From Polyangiales bacterium (GTDB lineage: Bacteria; Myxococcota_A; Polyangia; Polyangiales; Polyangiaceae): a stretch of DNA of 64,000 nucleotides. Of the stretch, positions 47,527-56,400 are shown in pieces. Below the pieces are notes generated by a model. The model searched no databases. It had not been told where the DNA came from and saw nothing but the letters and a program-made list of their open reading frames with translations. Location: contig JBBRNJ010000041.1 of the NCBI GenBank assembly GCA_038230375.1, positions 11,635-75,634 on the forward strand, in the 5' to 3' direction. How positions within the stretch are numbered: position 1 is the stretch's first letter; each line of letters begins with the position of its first letter. A program made the position numbers and the translations under genes.

Positions 47527-47555
47527 ACCTTAAACACCCGAATGACGAACGTCAA
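47527..47555 (-). promoter_or_regulatory. Putative sigma70 promoter of dksA
   Basis: TTGACG-N17-TAAGGT on the minus strand. Confidence 0.55.
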
Positions 47556-47652
47556 TCGCAGGGTGTGCGCACGGGCTTCATTCCGCATTCCGCGTGATTC
47601 TTCCGTGCAGGCCACGATTCGGTCTTGCGAAAAGTGCGGTATCAAGGTGGGC

Positions 47653-48750
47653 ATGTCCTTCTTTGCCGGGCTCGACGAGAACGGCCTCGGCCCACTGCTC
47701 GGGCCGCTGGTCGTCACGGGCGTGCTCGCGCGCGCCACCGATGCGGCGGGAGAAAAGCGGATCGAGAAGAAGGCGCCGAAGCGCCTCATGGCCCGCCTCG
47801 GTGATTCGAAGGCTCTCGTCTCGCACGACGACAATGTGCTCGGCGAGGCGTGGGCGCGTGAGCTCTGCTTCGGAGCCGCTGGCGCGGACGTGCCCATGGA
47901 CGACCTGCTCGACGCGCTGCTCGCCGACCCGCGCTCGCACTACCTCTCGCTGTGCCCTTCGCATCACGCCGACCATTGCTTCGGCGCGGGACACGCGCGC
48001 GCGGAAGACGCGGGCGACGAGCGCAACGCCAGCCTGGCCACGCTCCGCGACGACGTACTGCGCGATCGGGCCGCGCTCGCCAAGTTGGGCATCGAGATCG
48101 TGCGCGTGCGCTCGATCGTCGTGTGCAACCGGATGCTCAACAATGCGACCGCGCGCGGCGTGTCGCGCTTCCAGACGGACCTGCACGCGATGGAGCGCCT
48201 GGTCCTGGAGTTTCGCGAGCACGCGGGCGCGCGCATCACCGCGACGTGCGGCAAGGTCGGCGGCTTCGACTACTACGAGGACGCGTTCGGTCCGCTTGCT
48301 GGCTACCTGAAGACGAAGGTGGTGGAGTCGCGCAAGATCAGCACGTACGAGGTGCTGGGCGTGGGTCGCGTCTCGTTCGTGATGGATGCGGACGCATCGA
48401 ACATGCTCGTGTCGCTCGCGTCGCTCGTGGGCAAGTGGGTACGCGACGCGCTCATGGGCAAGATCCTGGGCTACTACCGCGCGCACGATCCCACCCTTCC
48501 CATGGCGAGCGGCTACCACGATCCCGTGACGCGCGCGTTCGTGCAGCAGACGTCCCTGATTCGCAAGGAGCGGCGCATCGAGGACGCGTGCTTTGCACGG
48601 GCCGCCGCACCGACGAAGGTACGGAGGAACGCCGAGAGCAGCGCGGAGCTTACTTCTTCGCCGAAGAGGGCGGTGCCGCCGAGGACGACGGTGCTGAAGA
48701 CGGTGCAGAAGAGGACGAAGAAGGCGCCGCTCCAGAAAGAAGCGACTTGA
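47653..48750 (+). CDS. RNase HII-like protein
   Basis: AGLDENGLGPLLGPLVV, GDSKAL, DADASNMLVSLASLVGKWVRD, SGY. Confidence 0.75.
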   Translation: MSFFAGLDENGLGPLLGPLVVTGVLARATDAAGEKRIEKKAPKRLMARLGDSKALVSHDDNVLGEAWARELCFGAAGADVPMDDLLDALLADPRSHYLSLCPSHHADHCFGAGHARAEDAGDERNASLATLRDDVLRDRAALAKLGIEIVRVRSIVVCNRMLNNATARGVSRFQTDLHAMERLVLEFREHAGARITATCGKVGGFDYYEDAFGPLAGYLKTKVVESRKISTYEVLGVGRVSFVMDADASNMLVSLASLVGKWVRDALMGKILGYYRAHDPTLPMASGYHDPVTRAFVQQTSLIRKERRIEDACFARAAAPTKVRRNAESSAELTSSPKRAVPPRTTVLKTVQKRTKKAPLQKEAT

Positions 48751-49834
48751 GCAGGGACACCGCGTCGTCCTTGGCGATGCGAACGGCAGCCTGTTTGTCG
48801 GGTGCGCCGGCCGCGGAGAGCGCGTACTCCTCGTCAGACACACCGAACACCGCGCTCGCCTTGCGACCGACGTAGAGCTCCACCTTTGGCGCGTCCTTGC
48901 TGGCGCTCACGGTGAGGTGCACGGCCTCGTCGCCCACGCTGGCGATCGGAAGCGCGCCGGGCCGCCCGCGCAGGGTCTTCATGGCGTCCTTCGCCTGTTC
49001 CGCGTCCGTGGTGGCGAGCGAGAGAACGCGCCAGCGCTTGCCGCCATCCGCGTAGTAGCCGATCGCGCCTGCACCCATGTTGCCGATTCCGTACGGCTCC
49101 TTCTGCGCCCACACGATGCCGTTGGGGAGCAGGCCCGCCTTCGGGAGCATGAGCGCGGCGACCGGAGGCTCCGCACCGCCAGGCAGCTTCTCGCCGATGT
49201 CCTTGCCGAGCGCCGTGAGGATCGCCTCGCTCGACTTCGCGAGCGCATCGGGCGACTCCTGCTCGTTGTTGTACTGCAGCTCCACGAGGTACTTGCCGCG
49301 CCACACGTACGCGCGCCCGGTGCCGATGGCGCCGCGGCCCTTCGCTGCGAGAACGCGCGGCGCAGTCTTGTCGGCGGGGTCGCCGGAGACGACGCGAAAC
49401 GTGTAGAAGCCATACGCTGCGGGCTCGTCCGAGAGCTCCGAGAGCACGACGTCCGCGGTGCCGCCCTTGCCGCCGCCATCGATGTAGCGGAGCGTGACGA
49501 GCCGCTTCAGGCCGAAGCGCTTGTACACCTCGATGTCGCCGTCGAACGGGACGTCGGCGACGAGCTGCTTTGCGCGGTCGCCGTAGGTCTTCGTCTCTCC
49601 CTGGGGATCGATGCAGTATGCAAGCGTCGTCTTCGGGAAGAACGCGGCGCTGACGGTGTCCTTCACGTCGCCGGGCGTCGCGCAGGCAGAGGCCTTCGCG
49701 GCCGACGAGACCGTGGGAGGAGGAGGAGGCTTGTCGCCGCCCCGCTGGGTGGAGTCGTCCTTGCTTGGACAGCCGAGGAGCAGCGAAGCGCTTATGGAAG
49801 CGGTGGCGAGGACGGCAAGACGCGCGAAGTCCAT
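48650..49834 (-). CDS. Lipoprotein of unknown function (DUF6599-like)
   Basis: Lipobox LLGC; FDGDIEVYKRFG, AAYGFYT, VWRGKYLVEL. Confidence 0.7.
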   Translation of the reverse strand: MDFARLAVLATASISASLLLGCPSKDDSTQRGGDKPPPPPTVSSAAKASACATPGDVKDTVSAAFFPKTTLAYCIDPQGETKTYGDRAKQLVADVPFDGDIEVYKRFGLKRLVTLRYIDGGGKGGTADVVLSELSDEPAAYGFYTFRVVSGDPADKTAPRVLAAKGRGAIGTGRAYVWRGKYLVELQYNNEQESPDALAKSSEAILTALGKDIGEKLPGGAEPPVAALMLPKAGLLPNGIVWAQKEPYGIGNMGAGAIGYYADGGKRWRVLSLATTDAEQAKDAMKTLRGRPGALPIASVGDEAVHLTVSASKDAPKVELYVGRKASAVFGVSDEEYALSAAGAPDKQAAVRIAKDDAVSLLKSLLSGAAPSSSSSAPSSAPSSSAAPPSSAKK

Positions 49835-49977
49835 GGCCTCCGTTTACACCGGAGCACTCCCATGAGGCTACGCACGTTTTTCATAGCGCCTCGCAAGAAC
49901 GCGCGTAGGACCCAGTGTCGACGGTTCTCCCACCTGCGTTTTCATCGCTCAAATCGGGGCCAACCATGCTGGTTTCT

Positions 49978-49994
49978 GCGGCATGTCGCTTGCT
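49978..49994 (+). promoter_or_regulatory. Putative sigma54 promoter of the minor pilin operon
   Basis: GCGGCATGTCGCTTGCT: GG-N10-GC with TTGC, about 40 bp upstream of the ATG, which has an AAGGGGA Shine-Dalgarno. Confidence 0.6.
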
Positions 49995-50032
49995 TGAACG
50001 GGGGGGTGGCGCCGTCGCTCAAGGGGATTTTC

Positions 50033-50731
50033 ATGCTGGTAGGACGAACAACGAGGGGAGCAGCATGCCGGGCGAACGCGCGCGGTGTGACCCTCATCGA
50101 GCTGATGGTCGTAGTGATCATCATCGCCATCTTCGCCGCGATCGCGATCCCCGGCATCGCGAAGTCGAGCGATGACCGGAGGGCGTTCGAGAAAGCAACG
50201 GAGCTCGCGCAGCTGATGCAAGAGGCACGTGGGCGCGCGCTCGCGACCGGCTCCGCGCAGATGGTGGGATTGGAAGTGAACGGCACCACGACACGCGGCC
50301 GCTTCATGGCCTACGAGGCCATCTACAACAAGCAGCCCACAGCGAACTGCCTCACGTACCAGCAGTGGGGCGGAACCCCCGAGACGAACGCCGTAGGAAC
50401 CGTCACCACGCCCGTTGCGCCGCCCGCGGTGGGCCCGGGCGTGAAGCTCATCAACGGTATGAACCTGGACTATTCGGGGACCAGCGATCTTCAGGCAAGG
50501 CTTGTCCTGTCCGGTGTGCCCGTCGTCGGAACCTTCTCGTACCTCTGCTTCAGCCCGGGGGGCCGTGTCTACTACTACGGGACAGCGGCAGCGGCGGTGA
50601 ACGGTGCGGGCGTTCCACTCTCGGGCGCGTTCGAGGTTCAAATCGCCCGCTACCCCGGCGGTACGCGGGAGGGAATCACCCGTAGCGTGATGATCGACGG
50701 GACAGACACCGCCCGCGTGAGATCTTTTTGA
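50033..50731 (+). CDS. fimU: Type IV minor pilin, FimU/FimT-like
   Basis: Class III signal ARG|VTLIELMVVVIIIAIFAAIAIP; first gene of a pilin-PilY1 cluster. Confidence 0.8.
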   Translation: MLVGRTTRGAACRANARGVTLIELMVVVIIIAIFAAIAIPGIAKSSDDRRAFEKATELAQLMQEARGRALATGSAQMVGLEVNGTTTRGRFMAYEAIYNKQPTANCLTYQQWGGTPETNAVGTVTTPVAPPAVGPGVKLINGMNLDYSGTSDLQARLVLSGVPVVGTFSYLCFSPGGRVYYYGTAAAAVNGAGVPLSGAFEVQIARYPGGTREGITRSVMIDGTDTARVRSF

Positions 50732-50739
50732 GGCCATCG

Positions 50740-51297
50740 ATGACCTTCACACAAACCAAGAAGCGCAACTCGCTCGACGCACGCTCGGGATCACGCGCGG
50801 GCTACACCGTTGCCGAGGTCATGGTCGCCATCTCTCTGTTCGCGATCGGCGGCAGCGGCGTCATCGCGATGGAGACCACGGCGATCCGCGGAAACGACGT
50901 CGCACGCCGCCTGGACCAGGCCTCGATCGTCGGAAACGGATACATCGACGGCATCCAGAAGGGAGTGCTCACCTGGGTCAAGCCCCCCGGCGGCGCAGTC
51001 CCCGCCCCGCCAGCGATCTTTCCGGCGATTGACAGCGGTACGTGGAGCGCAGGCTCGGCCACGGGCTACGACATCAACGGCCTCCAGACCGCCAGCAGGA
51101 TCATCTTCTGCGTGCAACATCAGGACACGTCGCTGCAGAAGATAGGCGGCATCCCGTCCGTGCTGCGGTCCGACGTTGTTGTCTACTGGAAGATGAACCG
51201 CGACACGTTCGTCACCTGCGCCGCACCCCCTGGTCCGGCCGACCCTCTGTACCACTACCTCTATCTGACGACCGTCTCCAAGGTGCAGACGCCATGA
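50740..51297 (+). CDS. pilV: Type IV minor pilin, PilV-like
   Basis: RAG|YTVAEVMVAISLFAIG. Confidence 0.78.
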   Translation: MTFTQTKKRNSLDARSGSRAGYTVAEVMVAISLFAIGGSGVIAMETTAIRGNDVARRLDQASIVGNGYIDGIQKGVLTWVKPPGGAVPAPPAIFPAIDSGTWSAGSATGYDINGLQTASRIIFCVQHQDTSLQKIGGIPSVLRSDVVVYWKMNRDTFVTCAAPPGPADPLYHYLYLTTVSKVQTP

Positions 51298-52745
51298 GAT
51301 CTCGCCTGTCACGATCTTCCCGGCCGTTTCGCTCTTCTCGGAGCGCGGGCTTCACGATGGTGGAGCTGTTGATCGCGATGATCTCGGGGCTGGTCGTCGT
51401 GCTCTCCGTCGTTGCCATGGGACGCGACGCGACCACCACGTTCCACCACGAGATGAGGGTCGCCTCCACCCAGATGACCCAGCGCATGGCCGCGCAGCGA
51501 CTTCGCGCGGATCTCGAGCGCGTGGGCTTCATGGCGACGGGGAACATGCTTCAAGACCCCAAGATCGCTCACTGCCAGCATGTTGCGGCGGCACCTTGCT
51601 TGGCGGCCGACGACGTAGGCGCGTTCCCCACGTACCTTGATACAGTCGGCGAGACGGGCCTCACCACGTTGATGAGCGTGCGGCTCAACATCGGTGGCTC
51701 GACCATCGGCCCAGAGCACGCGAACGTGCTCACCTACTCGGGTCTCCAGGCACCCGCGCTTACTCCAGACGCGATCGAGCTCGTTGGTAACTTCACCACG
51801 GCCGATGAGTTCACCGCCTCGATCGATCAGTCGACGCTGCTCGCGACTGGCTGTGCTGGCGGCGCACGCATCTACCTCGAGGCGAAGGACCCAGCCGTCA
51901 TCCGGCTGCTCTACACCCGCTCGGGCGTGTATGACCCCGTCGCGGCGAAGAACGCCCTGATCGCGGCGTTCTCACCCGTCTACGACACAGCGACATTCAA
52001 GGCGCCGCGGTTCGGTATCCGGGTCTCGGACAACTCCGTTTCGCACTACCAGTATGCCACCATCTGCGGCGCACCGAACTCGATCGATATCGCGCCCGCC
52101 GTGGCCGAGGCCCTTGGCGGCACGGGCCTGCCGCGCCCGTACATCGACACTGCCCACGCGCTCATGACACAGGACCTTGGCATTGGCGGTATCACGCCAG
52201 GTCAGGGAGCCGGCAGCAACGTGGTCGTCAACCCGGTGCAGTCAGTTCGCTGGGAGATCACGCAGCGTTCCGCCTACGGCGACGCTCCGACAGTGGCAAG
52301 AGGTACGCTGCTCGAGACCCCAGCCATCGAAGCGCTCTCGACCGCACGTTTCGAGCTCGTTCGCACGTGGGTGCCGTTCGACGTCGCGCCGTTCGCAAAC
52401 GTCGCCGGCAACTGTCCCAATTGCCTCGAGCTCGTGGGCGAGTTCGCGGTTGATCTGAAGTTCGGCTTCAGCACGTTGGTGGGCGCCGTGCTGACCAACT
52501 ACAACCTGGCGCCGCTCGCGACCACGGCACCCGCCACGACCTCTGTTGGTGACCCCCAGCATATCCGGTCTATCTCGTTCAAGCTCGGAACGCGCACCGG
52601 AATGTCGGATCGCGACTTCAACCTTGGCGGCGCCAACCCTGGGTTCATCTTTCGTTACAAGATCAACGGCACCGAGTTCGCGCGCGCAAGAGAGACGACG
52701 GAAGAGGTCTTCCTGCAGAACCAGACCGGCATGAACTACCCATGA
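51294..52745 (+). CDS. pilW: Type IV minor pilin, PilW-like (large)
   Basis: SAG|FTMVELLIAMISGLVV...LRADLERVGF. Confidence 0.8.
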   Translation: MRSRLSRSSRPFRSSRSAGFTMVELLIAMISGLVVVLSVVAMGRDATTTFHHEMRVASTQMTQRMAAQRLRADLERVGFMATGNMLQDPKIAHCQHVAAAPCLAADDVGAFPTYLDTVGETGLTTLMSVRLNIGGSTIGPEHANVLTYSGLQAPALTPDAIELVGNFTTADEFTASIDQSTLLATGCAGGARIYLEAKDPAVIRLLYTRSGVYDPVAAKNALIAAFSPVYDTATFKAPRFGIRVSDNSVSHYQYATICGAPNSIDIAPAVAEALGGTGLPRPYIDTAHALMTQDLGIGGITPGQGAGSNVVVNPVQSVRWEITQRSAYGDAPTVARGTLLETPAIEALSTARFELVRTWVPFDVAPFANVAGNCPNCLELVGEFAVDLKFGFSTLVGAVLTNYNLAPLATTAPATTSVGDPQHIRSISFKLGTRTGMSDRDFNLGGANPGFIFRYKINGTEFARARETTEEVFLQNQTGMNYP

Positions 52746-53452
52746 AAAACACCACGAAAGAGACCGCGCGCTCTGCGCTCCTTGTGACCGCGCGCTCTGC
52801 GCTCCTTGTGAGCTCTGCGCGACGCGCCCGCAGTGGTGGGTCGGTGATGTTCATTGTGTCCACGACACTGGCGTTGCTTGGCATGATGGGGCTCTTTGCG
52901 ATCGCGTCCGCCACCCGCGAAGTGAAGGTCTCCGGCTTCCTCCGCCAGAGCACGCAGGCGCACGCGCTCTCCCAGGCCACCATCCAGGCGAGCGCGGCCT
53001 ACCTGGACCCGAACTACGCGGGCCCCATGATCCATGACTACGCAACGGGGCGCGTGGGCGGGGCCAAGACCACCAACTGCATCTCCTCTGGCTCCGCTGC
53101 AATGCCTGCCCCCATCGCCGCCGACCCGCTCGCGACCAGCTGCCTGCGCGTGATGGACGACGACATGTCACCGAAGATGAGCAACCTCTGGATCAGCAGC
53201 CACAACCAGAACGCCGTCGATCCCAGCACGCGCACGGGGTTCATCAACCTCGCCACCGAGACCGGCTTCGAGATCACCTACCCGCACCAGCAGTCGTGCC
53301 CGTACGCAGTGAGCCCCGGTATGCACTGCTACCGCGCCACCGTCACCACATTCGCGCAGGTCACCGCGGGAACGCCGCCATTCGCCAGCTACGACATCCA
53401 AAAGACGGAGATGGGTCGAGGACACCTTGTTGTCGGCCCATTCCAGGATTGA
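52742..53452 (+). CDS. pilX: Type IV minor pilin, PilX-like
   Basis: RSGG|SVMFIVSTTLALLGMMG with no Glu5, as typical of PilX; lies between pilW and pilY1. Confidence 0.72.
   Translation: MKNTTKETARSALLVTARSALLVSSARRARSGGSVMFIVSTTLALLGMMGLFAIASATREVKVSGFLRQSTQAHALSQATIQASAAYLDPNYAGPMIHDYATGRVGGAKTTNCISSGSAAMPAPIAADPLATSCLRVMDDDMSPKMSNLWISSHNQNAVDPSTRTGFINLATETGFEITYPHQQSCPYAVSPGMHCYRATVTTFAQVTAGTPPFASYDIQKTEMGRGHLVVGPFQD
52762..52809. repeat. Perfect 24-bp tandem duplication in the pilX leader
   Basis: GACCGCGCGCTCTGCGCTCCTTGT x2, encoding TARSALLV twice. Confidence 0.9.
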
Positions 53453-53456
53453 TCAC

Positions 53457-56400
53457 ATGCACCTCCACCGCCACCACCGCATTGCCCTGTCGCTCGCCCT
53501 CCTCGGCCTTGCCGCGAGTATGGGCCTGTCGTCCTCCCCCGCCGAGGCCCAGAGCTCGCCGGCCGGTGGTGTACTTCCTCCGTCGCCCAACGTCCTCCTG
53601 CTGATCGATCGCTCCGGCTCCATGTCGCGAACAGTGGGCGGCAACGTGCCGAACTGCACGCCGGGAACGGACTCGAACACGCTGGCCCTTCCAGACGGCG
53701 CCGGCACCATCAACATGGACCGCTGGGGGCAGATCCTGCAGGGGCTCACTGGTCACGTGAAGCCCTTCTACAGCTGCGACACGATCGATCGCACGTCGGC
53801 GCGCTTCAAGGACGAATTTTCGATCAACAACAAGCCGCCGCCGGATGCGGACTACATCATCCCGTACAACCGTCCGCTCTCCGATGGCAACGCGCCAACA
53901 AACACGACGACCTGCGCCGTCACGCCAGGCTTCTTGCCAGGCGCGGTTCTCGGCGGCGGTGTCATCCAGGGCATCAGCGTGGCCCCACTGGCCTTCGCCA
54001 ATGGATGGGATGGCAACACGAACGATCCGATCTACGCCGTGCCCGCGTCCAAGGGCAGCATCGTGGATCGTCACTGGAAGAACGTGTCGGGCATCACCGG
54101 TGCTGGCTACGCCGCCAGCCAGCCGTCCACATGCACGTTCAGCCAGTACAGTGATGGTCAGCTGGACATCGCTCGCAACTTCATCCGCTTCTCGCTCATG
54201 ACGTCGGACAGCGACCCCAGCAACACCGTCGGCGACTATGGCGTCAGCACCGGCAACATCCCGTGGGGCGATGTGACCGGCGGAACTGGCACCAAGGTCG
54301 ACGCCGCCAAGCCGTTCGATGGGCAGTGGTCCTACCTTCCGCAATCGACCAACATCAAGTACGGCCCTGGCCCGCTGCCCAAGGCGAAGCTGCCGTCCTG
54401 CGCCACGGACACTCCAGACGCCGTTGGCGTACGCCACAACTCCGCTCCGCCGTGGGAGGGAAGGCACGTTCCATTTCCGCCCGTCGATGGTCCGGACGGC
54501 GCGAACCTGGAGCAGATCCAGCGCGTGCTCCTGGCCACGCGCCCGTATGGCGGCTCACCGCTCGGCGGCATGATGCTCGACGCGGCGGACTACCTCTGGC
54601 GCACGGATGACTACGGTCCGTGGGCGGCCGCGAAGTCTTCCACGGACGACTTTGTCAAGGCGGGCTGCCGCAAGCAGTACGTCGTGCTCGTGAGCGACGG
54701 CGCATCGAACCAGGACCTGCGTCCGCAGTGCACGGGTGGTGGCGCCTCCAATCCGAACTGTGCGTTCCCCTCCCCGTTGGAGACAGCGCGGACGCTGTAC
54801 GAGCGCATCAGTTACGGCGGCTACGCGGGACCGATCCCGGGAGCGAACGGCCGCGTGCAGACCTTCGTCATCGGCTTCGGAGCCAAGGGGAGCGCGACGC
54901 CGCCTGTTCCCGAGCCGGGGTGGTGGCCATATGCTTCTTGTTCTGCGGCAGTGACTGGTGAGGGAAGCTCCCTCCAGCTCAACAACAACCGCTGCACCCC
55001 GAACCGCGCCGCCCCGCCGGCGAGCGTGTACCCCGCTGGCACCATGGCGGAGGCCTGCTGCAGCCTCAATGACATCGCGATCGCTGGAGACGGTGGTCTT
55101 GCCGGCAACGCGACTCCCCAGGGCGCCTTCTTCGTGGAGAGCGAGGCCGAGTTCAGCCTCGCCATGGGCGCGATCCTTGGAAAGATCTCCGCGAGCACGA
55201 CCAGCCGCGCAACGCCGACGTTCTCCTCCACCTACACATCACGCGATCCCACGTACCTTGGCGGCAACGCGAACGCGTCGTTCTCGACAACGCTGACCCC
55301 GCAGCCAGGTGGTCTCTGGACCGCCGACCTTTCGCGCAAGCGGAACGTCTGCACTGGCCTTGGAGCTCCGCTGAACGTCGGCCCTGTCAATGCGAACGAC
55401 GACAAGTTCTTGAACGCGACGCTTGCCACGACCAAACGGTTCACGATCGTCCCCGTGCCAGTTCCGAACACCGGCGTTTACGACCCCACCGTCACGTTTC
55501 GGCCGTACGACACGACGGACGCTGACCTGTTGAGTTCTGGTGGCACCGCATATTCCGTAGGCAAGGAGGTGCTCGTTCCCAACACTTCGGCCGGCAGCGT
55601 TACGCCGGGTACGCTGAAGGCGGATCTCTTTGGCGTCACCGGCACCTCGTGTGGCTCCATCAACATTGGCACCGTCTCACCGCCCATCACCCTACCCGCG
55701 CTGACGAGCCCGGATGCATGCGCGAACGCGATCTTCGGATTCGCGGCGACGTACACCGGCGCGATCGCCGCGATCCCAGCCAACGGCAAGGACTACAACC
55801 TCCGCTGCCAAGGTGGCGGTGGAGCGGGTATCTACAATCGCTTCTGCAATCCGATCGGAGGCATCCTCCACTCGCAGCCGGTCGTCGCCCCCCCGCCCCA
55901 GGCATTCCTTGCGGACGAAGGCTACCGCGCCTTCGCCAAGACCTACGCGGGCCGGCCCGCGGTGCTCTACGTGGAGACCATGGACGGTCTGTTGCACGGC
56001 TATGATGCCACCAACGACTCGGCGGGTGGTCCCTTCGGCAACGAGCTCTTCACGCTCATTCCGCCAGCCGTCATTCCCACACTCTCAGCCAACTTCCCGA
56101 CGGGCGCGGCGACGTTGCTCGACAACTCACCCGTCGTGAAGGACGTGGTCTGGGAGCGCGCACGCGGTGAGATCGGCGCGGGCGCAGCGAACAGGTGGCA
56201 CACCATGCTTGTCGCAGGTCAGCCCGGCGGCTACTTCGCCATGGAAGTCTCGGACCCCGTCGTCGATGTGATCGCCGCCGGCAAGGAGCCTGGCGCTGGT
56301 GCCACGTATGGTCCGTACAAGCCGTCACTCGACACGGGCTCGCTTGGTGCGAGCGCATACCAGCCGGGGCCGCAGGTTGCCGGCAACACGCCGCAGCTTG

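Noticed and set aside
48917..50032. Long N-terminal extension of the FimU-like ORF
   Set aside because: Antisense to the lipoprotein gene. The sigma54 site, SD and prepilin motif support a start at 50033.
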